From Squalus acanthias (lineage: Eukaryota): a stretch of DNA of 64,000 nucleotides. Positions 50,211 through 62,270 of the stretch are shown here, piece after piece. The DNA is taken from the NCBI GenBank assembly GCA_030390025.1, contig CM059432.1, positions 39,806,001-39,870,000 of the forward strand. The letters are read 5' to 3'. The notes under the pieces are model-generated. The model searched no databases, was not told the origin of the DNA, and was given only the letters and a program-made list of their open reading frames with translations. Position 1 is the first letter of the stretch. Every line of letters begins with the position of its first letter. The position numbers were made by a program, and so were the translations under genes.

Positions 50211-52178
50211 ATGGAGAGGGTGAGAGAACGCGCTCATCGCTTCACCGAGCGGGCCTTGGATGCTCTGGTTGACGCAGTGGAGCGCAGACGATGCATGCTG
50301 TTCCCAGAGAGTGGCAGGAGGCCTTTGCCACGCGAGTTCAGAAGAGTGTGGAGGGAGGTGGCTCAGAGCGTCTCCTCCAGGAGCATGGTGCCCAGGACCC
50401 ATGTCCAGTGCCGCAAAAAGTTCAACGACCTCACTCGGGTCGTCAGGGTGAGTGGCTTTTTCTCAATACCTCTCCATCCCTCCATCTCAACCTCACTCTA
50501 TGGCCAGAGGGTCTTAAAACCCCAATGCACAACACTCATCCAACACCTATGGCCCTTTCATCAAACACACACACACATTCCACACTTTGCATACAGTAAG
50601 GGCTATTCACCTATGGGAGGCACATCAGGCAAGACCATGGCTGCATACAGTAAGGGCTATTCACCTATGGGAGGCACATCAGGCAAGACCATGGCTGCAT
50701 ATTGTAAGGGCTATTCACCTATGGGAGGCACATCAGGCAAGACCATGGCTGTATATTGACTCAGATGCTGTCCTTTTTCTTGCAGGCTAAGCTGGCTCAT
50801 AATCGGAGACAGCAGCAACGGACGGGTGGAGGGCGGCTTCAGCTGCAACCCCTCAGCGATCTGGAGGAGCGCGTCCACAGGATTGTGGCAAGCCGGGTGA
50901 TCGGTCCCGTCGCCACTGGAGACGCCGACCCCGTTGTGGACAGCAATGGTAAGGTCATCACCTTTTTGTCCTCTGTCCTTCCACTTGTCCCTCACAATAC
51001 CAGCCTTTGACACTTTCAATCCAACTTGCTAACTCGCTGCACTTATTCCTCCCTTACTGCCACCCTGTCCTCACGCTAAAGCCACTCTTGTACCTCCCTG
51101 CTTTCAGATGGTGATTCACCAGCTGAGGAGATGGTCCCTGAAGCTGCCACTGGGAGTGATGCTGCAGCTGAGGAGGAAGAGGAAGCCGGAGCATCAGTGC
51201 CACCCTCTCCCGAGGAAGCCCATGGCCACACTGGGAACACGCCTTCCCCGGAGGGGAGCAGGGGGGAAGGGGCTGATGATGGTGAAGTTGCAGGACCCAG
51301 TGGGCTGCAGCAACGCCATGGGGGGGGGGGGGAGGGAAGAACGGGGGAGCAGGGGGGAAGGGGCTGATGATGGTGAAGTTCCAGGACCCAGCGGGCTGCA
51401 GCAACGCCATGGGGGGGGGAGGGAAGAACGGGAGCCTTCTCCCCAGAGGGAGAGTATGCCAGACACTCCTAATGCAATGGACGCAGAGGAGGAGCGGCTG
51501 ATTGCAGAAATGAACAGCCAGGCGGTGGTCATGCACACTGAGCTCATGGGTGCAGTGGGAAGGGTGCCCGAATGCATTGAGGCACTGGCAAGGAGTGTGG
51601 AGCACTTCGCTGTAGCACAGGCGGATGCCACACTAAAGCTTACTGCTGCAATTCAGTCACTGGCTGCCAGGAACCCATCTGAGCCTGCTCTCATGCAGAC
51701 TCAGATTGAGGCCACGCGAGCACTGACTGCTGCCATCCTCGATGGTTCGTGCACATGTCCCCGGGGCTGTCACCGCGCCGCAGCAGGCCAGCAATCTGTT
51801 CTCCGGCAAATTGCTCCGGATGCTGAAGTGCTGCCCCGTGGGAGTGCCAGTGTGTCGGGCGAGCAGGGAGTTGCTGTCCTCTCTCACGATGACAGCATTC
51901 CTGCTGCCAACACTGTCACTTCTCCACTGCACTTGCCACCGCCTGTAGGACAGACTGCTGCCGCCCATGCAGAGTTGGTGCAGTCTGCAGCCGGGCCCTC
52001 CAGGCCCAGAAGTGGTCGAGGCCGTCCTTCAGGGGCATCTGCAGTGTCAGGGTGTGACAAGCAGCAGCCTTCCACCAGCCTTGCTGCAGCCACTGAGGTC
52101 CCATTACGGAGGAGCAGTAGGGTTAGAAGGGGGGAAGTGCGCAAGGGAAGGAGATCACCCTCGAAGGGCAAAAAGTAG
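50211..52178 (+). CDS. Harbinger Myb/SANT-like DNA-binding protein; exons 50211-50447, 50786-50948, 51108-52178; frameshift at G13 (51320-51332)
   Basis: RFTERALDALV...WREVAQSV...QCRKKFNDL; AKLAHNRRQQQRTGGG; GT-AG introns (gtgagt/ttgcag, gtaagg/tttcag) with matching phases 0 and 1. Confidence 0.88.
50589..50755 (+). repeat. 3 x 54-bp tandem repeat in intron 1 of the Myb gene
   Basis: gcatacagtaagggctattcacctatgggaggcacatcaggcaagaccatggct at 50589, 50643, 50697. Confidence 0.95.
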
Positions 52179-52472
52179 GAGGTGTGCCAAAATGCTGGTC
52201 ATTTTTTTATTAAAGGCCGAGGTTCATGGCCCAACTTTTGTTTAGTGTTTTGGACATTATCTCCAGGTTGTGAGAACCAGTTATGTTATTGACTGTTTTT
52301 TTGTGTTTATTTCTATGAGTTTGTCATGAGGAATTGACACACACAGAGTTTGTACAATAAATAAGTTTCTGTATTCAAAATATACATGGCTGGTGGTTGG
52401 AATTATTGGTGCCTTGGCCGGCTTAGGGGTTGCGTGCTGGGTTGATTCGTGTTTGTAGCACTGGCAGGGGCC

Positions 52473-53633
52473 CTAGAAGCGGCTTGCTATTAGTCGTTGA
52501 CGGACGGCCCTTGCAGTTTGACCATTGTGGGCCGCCCTCCTGCCTTGGTGCTGCTGCTGATCATCGTCCTCGGCCTGTTCCTCCTCTTCCTCCTCCTCCT
52601 CTTGTGGTGCTGCAAGGCCTGGTGGCATTGGCTGCGTCCTGAGGATTGCCATGTTGTGCAACATGCAGCACACCACTACGAATTTGGAAACTTGCTCAGG
52701 CGAGTACTGCAGGGCTCCTCCGGAATGGTCCAGACAGCGGAATCGTTGTTTGAGCACGCCGATTGTGCGCTCAATAATGTTCCTCGTTGCTTGTTGGCTT
52801 TCCTGGTACCGCAGCTCAGCAGGGGTGTTTGGCGCACGGAGCGGTGTCATCAGCCAGGTGCTCAATGCGTACCCCTTGTCCCCCAGAAGCCAACCGACTG
52901 GCTGATGCGGTGCCTCGAAAATTTCTGCCACAGTACTCTGGCGCAGGATGAAAGCATCGTGGCAGCTGCCCGGATAGTGGGCATTGACAGCGAGAATCAC
53001 CTGTCTGTGGTCACAGACCAACTGCACATTCAAGGAATGGAACCCCTTTCTGTTCCGGAACTCCTCTGCATTCTCTCGCGGAGCACGCAAAGCCACATGC
53101 GTGCAGTCAATGGCGCCCTGCACCATGGGGAAGCCCGCTACCCTCGCAAAGCCCATAGCACGGTCATGCTGCTTGTCTGGGGTCATAGGGAAGGAGATGA
53201 AGTCTCGTCTCCTTGTGAAGAGGGCATTGGTGACCTGCCGGATGCAGCGATGCACCGCAAACTGGGAGATATTGGCGAGGTCCCCAACAGCAGCTTGGAA
53301 TGAGCCAGTGGCGTAGAAGTTCAAGGCCACTGTGACCTTCACTGCCACCGACAGAGACGTCCTGGACCTCAGCTGAGGCTGCAGATCTGGCTGCAGCAGG
53401 TGGCAGAGCTCAGTGACCACCTCCTTGCTGAATCGCAGCCTTCGCAAACACAGCTCCTCGGACATGTGGATGTAGGAGAGCTGTTCACGATATACCCTGG
53501 GAGGGTAAGCTCTCCTGTACATGCGCCTGATGGGCCTCCTCCGTCTGGCCATCATTGCCACTCTCTGTCTGCGTCTCACTCTGCTCCGATTGAGCTGGAG
53601 CAGGACGACGCCCCCAATCATTGCAGCCCCCAT
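52473..53633 (-). CDS. Harbinger DDE transposase (HARBI1-like family), 386 aa, intact
   Basis: LRFSKE helix-turn-helix region, GAIDCTHV, NRKGFHSLNVQLVCD, PGSCHD, GDKGY, RNIIERTIGVLKQRFRCL, CCMLHN. Confidence 0.97.
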   Translation of the reverse strand: MGAAMIGGVVLLQLNRSRVRRRQRVAMMARRRRPIRRMYRRAYPPRVYREQLSYIHMSEELCLRRLRFSKEVVTELCHLLQPDLQPQLRSRTSLSVAVKVTVALNFYATGSFQAAVGDLANISQFAVHRCIRQVTNALFTRRRDFISFPMTPDKQHDRAMGFARVAGFPMVQGAIDCTHVALRAPRENAEEFRNRKGFHSLNVQLVCDHRQVILAVNAHYPGSCHDAFILRQSTVAEIFEAPHQPVGWLLGDKGYALSTWLMTPLRAPNTPAELRYQESQQATRNIIERTIGVLKQRFRCLDHSGGALQYSPEQVSKFVVVCCMLHNMAILRTQPMPPGLAAPQEEEEEEEEQAEDDDQQQHQGRRAAHNGQTARAVRQRLIASRF

Positions 53634-54610
53634 CTTCTCTTTGCCAGAAAAGTAATGAGGTACAGCAACGAAAGTAGCAGCAAAGTTAGGATGAACTAGG
53701 CAAAACTACCTCACAAAGCGTTGAGTCAATGTAGAAGTCTCTCTCTCTCTCTCTCCGAATCTCTCTCTCTCTCTCAGAACGAGTGGTGCATAAATGTCGA
53801 CCACAGAAAAAGACAGGAAGAGGCCCCCTTTAAATAGCGCCCCCCCCAGCCCCAGACCGATTGATAACGTTCCAGTCTTCCGGTCGTTGGAAGCGCCAGG
53901 CGGTAAGGCAGGGGGCGCCACTCAATTTCCGCTCCGGGGCGCCCCAAGGGCGTTGCACCACGGACTGACGTCACAATCTGCGCGCGCAGGTGGTCGCAGC
54001 GGTAAGTTTTAGCGCCGCCGCACAATCTCAAGTTAAGTTCTCGAGCGGCGCAAACAGCGCTGCGCCCGGGCGTTAGCGCCTTAACGCCCCATTAGCGCCC
54101 ATTTAAGGCGCTAACGGGAGGCGCAACCAACTGAATTTTTACCCCAAAATATTTTACTTCATTTGCACTACCTATTACAGAGAGATAATGGTTTGGCAGC
54201 TATTTTTTCTATGTGCATACAAACAAACCTTTCAATTAGTTATGCATAATCTCAAGCTATTTTCCTTTGTCCTGAAAGGTGTTTCTTTTTGTTAAATACA
54301 TATTAGAAGTCTCATATAAACTATTCAGATACAACAATGCACTATAGACATTACCAAACTCCATTTCACAGTTTGCCATGGTGCATTTTGAACTCCTTTC
54401 TCTGGGCTGCTAGTCCAGTACAATAACCACTGCAGTACCATACCCTGCCAATGTTATAAAGGCAGAGAACTGTACAATTTACTGTGATCTGACATCATGG
54501 ATGGGAATGAACTGTAAGCAGCACTTTCATTCTCATTTTGATGTAACAGAACTTCCTCTAACTTGTGGTTTTAAAAGCACAAACCAGTTTTAACAAGACA
54601 GCAGAGTTAC

Positions 54611-54742
54611 TCGTCAGTGCACATTTGCCTCTCCATAGCATTTAGGATTATGTGGTATTTGGCAAAATACACTTGCTGCTTAATATTCCAACAGAAGTAG
54701 TCAGCACGCTGAAGGGCTAAAATGTGTATTTGACCAAGTTTA
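54611..54742 (-). pseudogene. Candidate exon of unidentified host gene
   Basis: 132 nt, cttgtttccag acceptor, GA|gtaact donor, open: KLGQIHILALQRADYFCWNIKQQVYFAKYHIILNAMERQMCTD. Confidence 0.4.
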
Positions 54743-55093
54743 CTGGAAACAAGTTAAAACAAAAAAGATGTGATGTACATCTTTCATTTGCAAAGTTACA
54801 GTATTATCTTAGTGCAGAAACACATTCTCAAAATAAAAGTGCGCTCCACATACACACACAGCATATTCAGTATTCAAATATATTCATTTTAAACCTGTGC
54901 TAACAATCCAATTCGAATAGCCTGGTTATGTTGACATCATTTATGCCTCTCAGCATTTTAAATAAATGGATCAGGTTCCCCCCTCAAAACTCTCCCCCTA
55001 CCAAAAGTAAATTTAGCTCTACAAGTTTGTCCTTATTACTTACTGCCCAAGTCCAAATTATCCATATCGTTCTCCTCTCAGCCCCCACCTGTT

Positions 55094-55785
55094 TTTTAAA
55101 TTCGTTACACAGGATGTGGGTGTCGCTGGCAGGCACAGCATTTATTGCCCATCCTTAATTGGCCTTGTGAAAGTGGTAGTGAGCTGCCTACTTAGTGTCA
55201 GCTGCGGCTCAGTGGGTAGCATACTCGCCTCTGAGTCACAATGTTGTGGGTTCAAGTCCCACTCCAGAGACGTGAGCACATAAATCTAGGTCGACACTCC
55301 AGTGCAGTGCTGAGGGAGTGCTGCACTGTCGGAAGTGCCACCTTTCAGGTGAGATGTTAAACCGAGGCCCCGTCTGCTCTCTCAGGTGGACGTAAAAGAT
55401 CCCATGGCACTATATCGAGGAAGAGCAGGGGAGTTATCCCCGGTATCCTGGCCAATATTTATCCCTCAATCAACATAACAAAAAAACAGATTATCTGGTC
55501 AATATCACATTACTGTTTGTCGGAGCTTGTTGTGCACATATTGGCTGCAGCATTTCCCACATTACAACAGTGACTACACTCCTAAAGTACTTCATTGGCT
55601 GTAAAGCACTTTGAGATGTCTGGTGGTCGTGAAAGGCGCTATATAAATGCAAGTCTTTCATTCAGTGGTGAAGGTACTCCCATAGTGCTGTTAGAGAGAG
55701 TTCCAGGATTTTGACCCAGTGACGATGAAGGAACAGCGATATATTTCCAAGTTCAGGATGATGTGTGACTTGGTATGGAACTTGG
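55094..55785 (-). mobile_element. LINE 3' end (39105 family) interrupted by a SINE
   Basis: ggatgtgggtgtcgctggc...tttattgcccatccttaatt is the reverse of ~39390-39460. Confidence 0.7.
55195..55660 (+). mobile_element. Full-length DeuSINE (SacSINE1-like)
   Basis: tRNA-like head (A box ggctcagtgg, B box ggttcaagtcc), Deu domain (gttaaaccgagg...aaagatcccatggcact...cctggccaa), L2-like tail. Confidence 0.88.
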
Positions 55786-58362
55786 ATAGGAACAAAGGAA
55801 CAGGAGTAGGCCATTTAGCCCCTCAAGCCTGTTCTGCCATTCAATGAGATCATAGCTGATCTGTGACCTAACTCCATATACCTGCCTTTGGCCCATATTC
55901 CTTAATACCTTTGGTTAACAAAAAGCTATCAATCTTCGATTTAAAATTAACAATTGATCTTGCATCAATTGCCATTTGCGGAAGAAAATTCCAAACTTCT
56001 ACCACCCTTTGTGTGTAGAAGTGTTTCCTGATTTCACTCCTGAAAGGTCTGGCTCTAATTTTTAGACTATTTCCCCAGTCCTAGAATCCCCAACCAGCGG
56101 AAATAGTTTCTCTCTATCTACCCTATCTGTTCCCCTTAATATCTTGAAAACTTCGATAAGATCACCCCTTAACCTTCTAAATTCCAGGGAATACAACCCT
56201 AATTTGTGTAATCACTCCTCGTAACTTAACGAAGTCCAGGTATCATTCTGGTAAACCTACGCTGCACTTCCTCCAAGGCAAATATATCCTTCCTAAGGTG
56301 TTGTGCTGAGAACAGCTCACAGTATTCCAGGTGTGGTCTCACCAGGGTTTTGTACAGCTGCAGCATAACTTCTACCCCCTTGTTCTTCTTCTTCTTCTTC
56401 GTAGACAGTCCCTCGGAACCGAGGATGACTTGCTTCCACATTAAAAATGAGTTCTCAGGTGACTGATGAGTCCAATGCGGGACCTACAGTCTCTGTCACA
56501 GGTGGGGCAGACGGTGGTTGAAGGGGCGGGTGGGGTGCTTGGGTTGACATGCGCTCGGCTTCCGCTTGCTCCCGGCGAAGAGACTCGAGGTGTTTGGTGC
56601 CTTTCCGGATGCTTCTCCTCCACTTTGTGCGGTCTTGGGCCAGGGATTCCCAGGTGTCGGTGGAGATGTTGCACTTTTTAAGGAGGCTTTGAGGGTGTCC
56701 TTGAAGCGTTTCCTCTGCCTACCTGGGGTTCTCTTGCCGTGTCGGAGCTCCGAGTAGAGCGCTTACTTTGGGAGTCTCGTATGGGGCATGCGGACGATGT
56801 GACCCGTCCATCGGAGCTGATCAAGCGTGGTCAAAGCTTCGATGCTGGCCTGAGCGAGAACACAGACGTTGGTGCGCCTATCCTGCCAATGGATTTGCAG
56901 GATATTGCAGAGGCAGCGTTGGTGGTACCTCTCCAGTGCTTTGAGGTGCCTGCTGTACATGGTCCATGTCTCTGAGGCATGATCTTCACCGCGCGTCAAT
57001 ACAGGGAACAGCACCAACCGCTGCACATGGCCTTCTTTGATCTCACAAAGGCCATCGACACTGTCAACCGTGAGGGATTATGGAGTGTCCTCCTCAAATT
57101 CGGCTGCCTTGCCCTCAAAAGTTTGTCACCATCCTCCGCCTGCTTCACGACGATATGCAAGCCGTGATCCTGACCAACGGTTCCACCACAGATCTAATTC
57201 ACGTACAGACCGGGGTCAAGCAAGGCTGTGTCATCGCACCAACGTTCTTCTCGATCTTCCTTGCTGCAATGCTCCATCTCACCCTCAATAAGCTCCTCGC
57301 TGGAGTGGAGCTAATTTACAGAACAAACAGGAAACTGTTCAACCTCCGTCGCCTCCAGCCCAGATCCAAGGTCGTCCCATCCTCTATCGTCGAATGACAG
57401 TATGCAGACGATGCTTGCGTCTGCCCTCACTCGGAGGTTGAACTCCAAACCATTGTCAACACCTTCACCGAAGCGTAAGAGAGCATGAGCCTTACACTAA
57501 ACATCCGTAAGACAAAGGTTCTCTACCAACCTGCCCCCGCCACACAGTACTGCCCCCCGATTATCAAAATGCACGACAAGGCCTTGGACAACGTGGACCA
57601 CTTTCCATACCTCGGGAGCCTACTGTCAACAAGGGCAGACATCGATGACGAAGTCCAACACCGCCTTCAGTGTGCCAGTGCAGCCTTCGGTCGCCTGAGG
57701 AAGAGAGTGTTTGAAGACCAGGACCTCAAACCCAGCACTAAGCTCATGGTCTACAGAGCAGCAGTGATACCCCCTTGTATTCTAGTCCTCTAGACATAAA
57801 GGCCAGCAATCCATTAGCGTTTTTGATTATTTTCTCTACCTGTTCATGACATTTTCATAATCTATGTACCTAGACCCCTAAGTCGCTTTGGACCGCCACT
57901 GTTTTTAGCTCATCATTTGGAAAGTACCCTGTTCTATCCTTTTTAGGTCTAAAGTGGATGACCTCACATTTGCCTACATTGAAATCCATTTGCCACAGTT
58001 TTGCCTATTCACTTAATCTGTCGATATCCCTTTGTAATTTTATGCTTTCATCTACACTGTCTACAATGCCGCCTATCTTTGTCATCGGCAAATTTGGATA
58101 TATGACTTTCTATGCCACCGTTAATAAGTCATTAATAAATACTGTGAGTGGTTGAGGCCTCAACACAGATCCCTGCGGGACACCACTAGTCACATCCTGC
58201 AATTTGAGTACCTACCCATTATCCCTACTGTCTGTCTCCTGCCGCTCAGCCAATTTCCTAACCAGGTCAATAATTTGCCCTCAATTCCATGGGCTTCTAC
58301 CTTAGAAAATAGTCTCTTATGTGGGACTTTATCAAATGCCTTCTGGAAGTCCATATAAATAA
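55786..58362 (-). mobile_element. CR1 3' part (RT plus tail) split by an RTE
   Basis: IYMDFQKAFDKVPH, LYKTLVRPHLEYC, ALEEVQRRFTRMIPG. Confidence 0.9.
56384..57767. mobile_element. RTE-clade LINE with inverted 5' part
   Basis: 11-bp TSD tacccccttgt; (AAG)n tail and CPTCDRDCRSRIGLISH on minus strand 56384-56980; RT (AFFDLTKA, GVKQGCVIAP, YADD, YLGS) on plus strand 56981-57767. Confidence 0.92.
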
Positions 58363-61300
58363 CAAATTTGGAGGTGATGGTGTTCCCATGCACCTACTGC
58401 CCTTATCCTTCTAGCCAGTAGAGGCTGTGGGTTTGGGAGGTACTGTCGAAGAAGCCTTGGCAAGGTGCTGCAGTGCATCTTGTAGATGGTACACAGTGCC
58501 CGTGATGCAGGGCATGAATGTTGAAGGTTCCATCACACTCCTGACTTGTGCCTTGTAGATGGTGGAAAGGCTCTGGGGAGTCAGGAAGTGAGTCACTCGC
58601 TGTAGAATACCTAGCCTTTGACCTGCTCTTGTAGCCACACTATTTATGTGGCTGGGCCAGTTACGTTTCCGGTCAATGGTGACCCCCAGGATGTTGATAG
58701 TGGGGGATTCGGCAATGGTAATCGCGTTGAACATCAAGGGGAGGTGGCTAGATTTTCTCTTTTCGGAGATTGTAATATTTGTGGGTAGAACAAATGAAGG
58801 ACAGAGACATGATGAATTGCTAGTCAGGGTGTATGTTTTACTCAGCCAGAATGAACTGAGCATGCTCATACTAAACCATGTGATAAACCAAGAGATAATA
58901 CATTACACTGCTTTCCCCTTAAAAAAAAAAATGTATTCCCCTCTCAAATACAACAAAATTATGATCCCACTATTCCCAGCATTACTTTGTTCCTTTTAAA
59001 TCAACTACAAATGAACTACAAATCCAGTTTAACAACAGGTTTGGGGAGCCTTCCTGATCTCCTTACAAAAGGTTTTGGTGTCGAAACAATTTTCGGGCTG
59101 TTTTGTTCTGGTTCCGACTCATAGATGATCCTGTTTCTATCAGATTTGTTTGAACCTGGTACTTCAGTTTCTGAAGTCTGAATGGAATCAAACTCATGTA
59201 TGTGTTCATGATCAAGTGGTTCAAGATCACGTCTTGGTTCATCTCTAGCAGAGATCATTTGATCTACATGAACACTTCAGATGTTGTCACCAATTTCAAC
59301 CAAATATCGCTTGGTTCCACCAACCTCTACTATGGCTTATATATCCCACTTGTGTGAACTCAACTTGCCAGGGGGACTGAACACCAACACACTCGTTTCG
59401 TGTGAAACTGCATTCTTTCTGATTACTGTCAGAATAATGTTTCTGACTCAACTGTTGCTGTTCAACTCGAGGCCAAATTTGGTTGAACAAGACTCAATCG
59501 TGTTCTCAATCTCCTCTTCATCAAGAGTTCTGCTGGGGTATAGCCACTTGTAGTGTGCAGAGTAGTTCTGTCCTCCAACAAGAGATTTGCCAAACGCTGC
59601 TTCATGCTGAGTCCTGAACAGCCCTGCAACACTTGCTTTTTGAAAGCTTCTTTTACTATTCTGACTGACCTTGCGGCTGTTCCTTTAGAAGCTGGATGAT
59701 ATGGTGGAACGAGAGCGTGTTTGATACCGTTCCATTTCATGAAGCAGAACGGAACAGAAGGCCATTATCAGGAACAAGTTCTTCAGGTAAGACATTGACA
59801 TGCAAAGATAGAACGCAACTCATCTATGGTACGTTCAGTTGTAGTATTTGAACCCATGTGTTTCACTTCAATCCACTTTGAGTGACTATCTACAAGTACC
59901 AGGAAATAATCATTTGCTTTCTCACAGAAGTCTACATGTATTCTCTGAAAAGGTCTACTTGACCATGACCAGGGTAGTAGTGGAGTTTGGGGTGGTTTGT
60001 TTATGCATTTTGGCAAATGCTGCATTTGCTGACAAGTGATTCAAGATCACTGTCCAATCCAGGCCAGTAAACAAAGCTTCTTGCAATTAATTTCATACCG
60101 ACGATCCCTGGATGTTTAGTATGAAGTTCGGCCAGAATTCTCTCTTCAAAGAAGTAGGTACCACGACTCTGTTTCCCCACTTGATACAACCTTGCTCACA
60201 AGACAATTCAGTACGACGGTTATGGAATGGTTTCAACTCTGTGTCCAGACACTGATCAGTCCATCCATTCAAGGTGTTTTCATGCATTCTTTTCAGTACT
60301 GAGTCCTTTTGGTCTTATTTGCAATCTCAGTTGCATTCACAGGAAAGTCTTTGTCAACTGCACCTAGCGTGAAAATCTCACCTTCACTCCCAACACGCGT
60401 CTTCATGTGGCAACCTGGACAAAGCATCTGCGATTGCGTTTTGCTTTGAAGTGTGATATTCAATTGTGTAGTCATATTGTAACAACAACACTGCCCAACG
60501 TTGCATTCTTGATGTGGCCATTGCAGGGATGGCAGATTTTGGCCCCAATATTGCTAGGAGTGGTTTGTGATCGGTTATCAGGGTAAACTTTGCCAATCAG
60601 GAACTGTTGGAATTTCTTGATTGCAAACACTATGGCGAGCGCTTCCTTTTCAATTTGCATGTAGTTTCTTTTGCTCTGTGAGGGTTTGCGATGCAAATGT
60701 GATTGATTTCTCTTGGCCGTCATCCATTACATGGCTTATGACAGCTCCCACACCATAGCTAGAAGCATCACATGCTAGCTTAAGCTCACGCTCTCTGTCG
60801 TAGTGCACAAGTAGAGCATCTCTTACAAGCATCGGAAGCTTCCAGTTGCGCTTTTGTCCACTTCCACTGGACATCCTTCTTGAGGAGCTCGTGCAATGGA
60901 GCTAACATGGTCACTAACTCAGGTAAGAAACGTGCGTAGTACTGGACCATTCCAAGGAAAGATCTTAACTCAGACACATTCTGTGGCTTTGGAGCATTGA
61001 TGACAGCATCAACCTTTTCCTTAAGTGGTTGCAAGCCATTTGCATCAACTTTCAGACCAAGGTACACAACCTCGGGCTGCACAAAAGCACATTTGCTGCT
61101 TTTCAATTTTACATTGTAGGAATTCAACCTTTGAAGTTTTAAATCTAACACTTCTAGATTTTCTTCCTCGCTGCTTGTTGCAATCAGCACATCGTCTTGA
61201 TTGCATAAGCAATTTGGAATTCCTTGCAAAATCTTATCTATCATAGCCTGGAAGATTTTGGGGGAGGACAGTACACCATACGGCAGCTTGGTGTATGAGT

Positions 61301-61961
61301 ACAGTCCCTTGTGTGTGTTGATAGTGAAATACTGTTGACTCTCCGTCAAACATTCAGCTGAGCATAAGCGTGTGACAGCTCAAGCTTAGAGAAAACCTTT
61401 GACCCAGAGAGTGCTGCATACAAATCTTGTGATGTAGGTAACGGGTACTGCTCATCGTCAACTGCTTGGTTGATAGTAGCTTTGTAGTCACCGCACAAGA
61501 AGTTTTGTCTGCTTTGGGCACTACCACAATCGGGGTAGTCCATTCACTTTTGTCAGTTTTTACTCGCACTCTGTGTTCTCTCAGTTTATCTAGCTCTTCC
61601 TCCACCTGACTCATCAACACATAGGGGATCGGCCTTGCCTTACAATAGACAGGCTTCACATTGATGCGGATATGCGCGTCATACCCAGTTATGCCCTCAT
61701 AACAGTCTGAGAACATGCTTTTATACTTGTTCAGCATTGTGTTGAGTCGCTTCTTTGAAGCATCTACACTGAAGATGTTTTTCCAGTCTAGTTTCAACTT
61801 TCTCAACTAGTCTTTGCCCATGAGGGTTGGCCTGTTGTAGCTCGCTACAATAGGCAGCTTTACTGACCGGCCATTGTGCTGAACTGTACATTCCATTTGT
61901 CCACGTCTCTAGGATTTCTCCGGAGTAGATTTTTAACTCTATGGTACTCTTTGTAAGTGGT

Positions 61962-62270
61962 GCCGGTTAATCAAAAAGTCCGGATAATGGAGAGTTATAT
62001 CTCCCAACGTACGAGAGCCCCGTACACACTGACATGCGCCTGCATTCGGAGCTCCGTCTCCCCGGGGACCGCCAGCTGACCATCTGTCGTGTCCGCTGCC
62101 TACCCAGGCTGCACATTCCCCTCCCAATCTACATGCTCCGATACAAGGCAAACGCCTCGGGGTTATTTTTAAAAGGAGAGATGAAGGAAAACCCCGGTTA
62201 CCTACTCAAGAATTTTGCCGGTTAAGAGAGATTTCCGGTTATTTGGGTGCCGGTTAAAAGAGAGTTTCCT
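61962..62270. mobile_element. Tc1/mariner (Tigger/pogo-like) MITE fragment inside Gypsy pol
   Basis: One end ccggttaaaagagagtttcctg followed by TA; repeated ccggtta motifs; other end missing. Confidence 0.6.

Larger units (their letters stand above)
49854..54145. mobile_element. Complete PIF/Harbinger DNA transposon, 4292 bp
   Basis: TIR GGGGTAGAAATT / AATTTTTACCCC, 3-bp TSD AAA, two convergent genes, repeated TTAGCGCC subterminal motifs. Confidence 0.97.

Noticed and set aside
51108..52178. 356-aa stand-alone ORF
   Set aside because: Its ATG sits at a splice acceptor and its first ~70 codons are the wrong frame of Myb exon 3
52497..53303. 268-aa plus-strand ORF
   Set aside because: Antisense shadow of the GC-rich transposase ORF; no recognisable motifs
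52473..53633. Domesticated host gene HARBI1
   Set aside because: Lies within TIRs and a TSD with a Myb partner and a MITE derivative, so it is a transposon gene
55195..55275. tRNA gene
   Set aside because: tRNA-derived SINE head continuous with the Deu domain and tail
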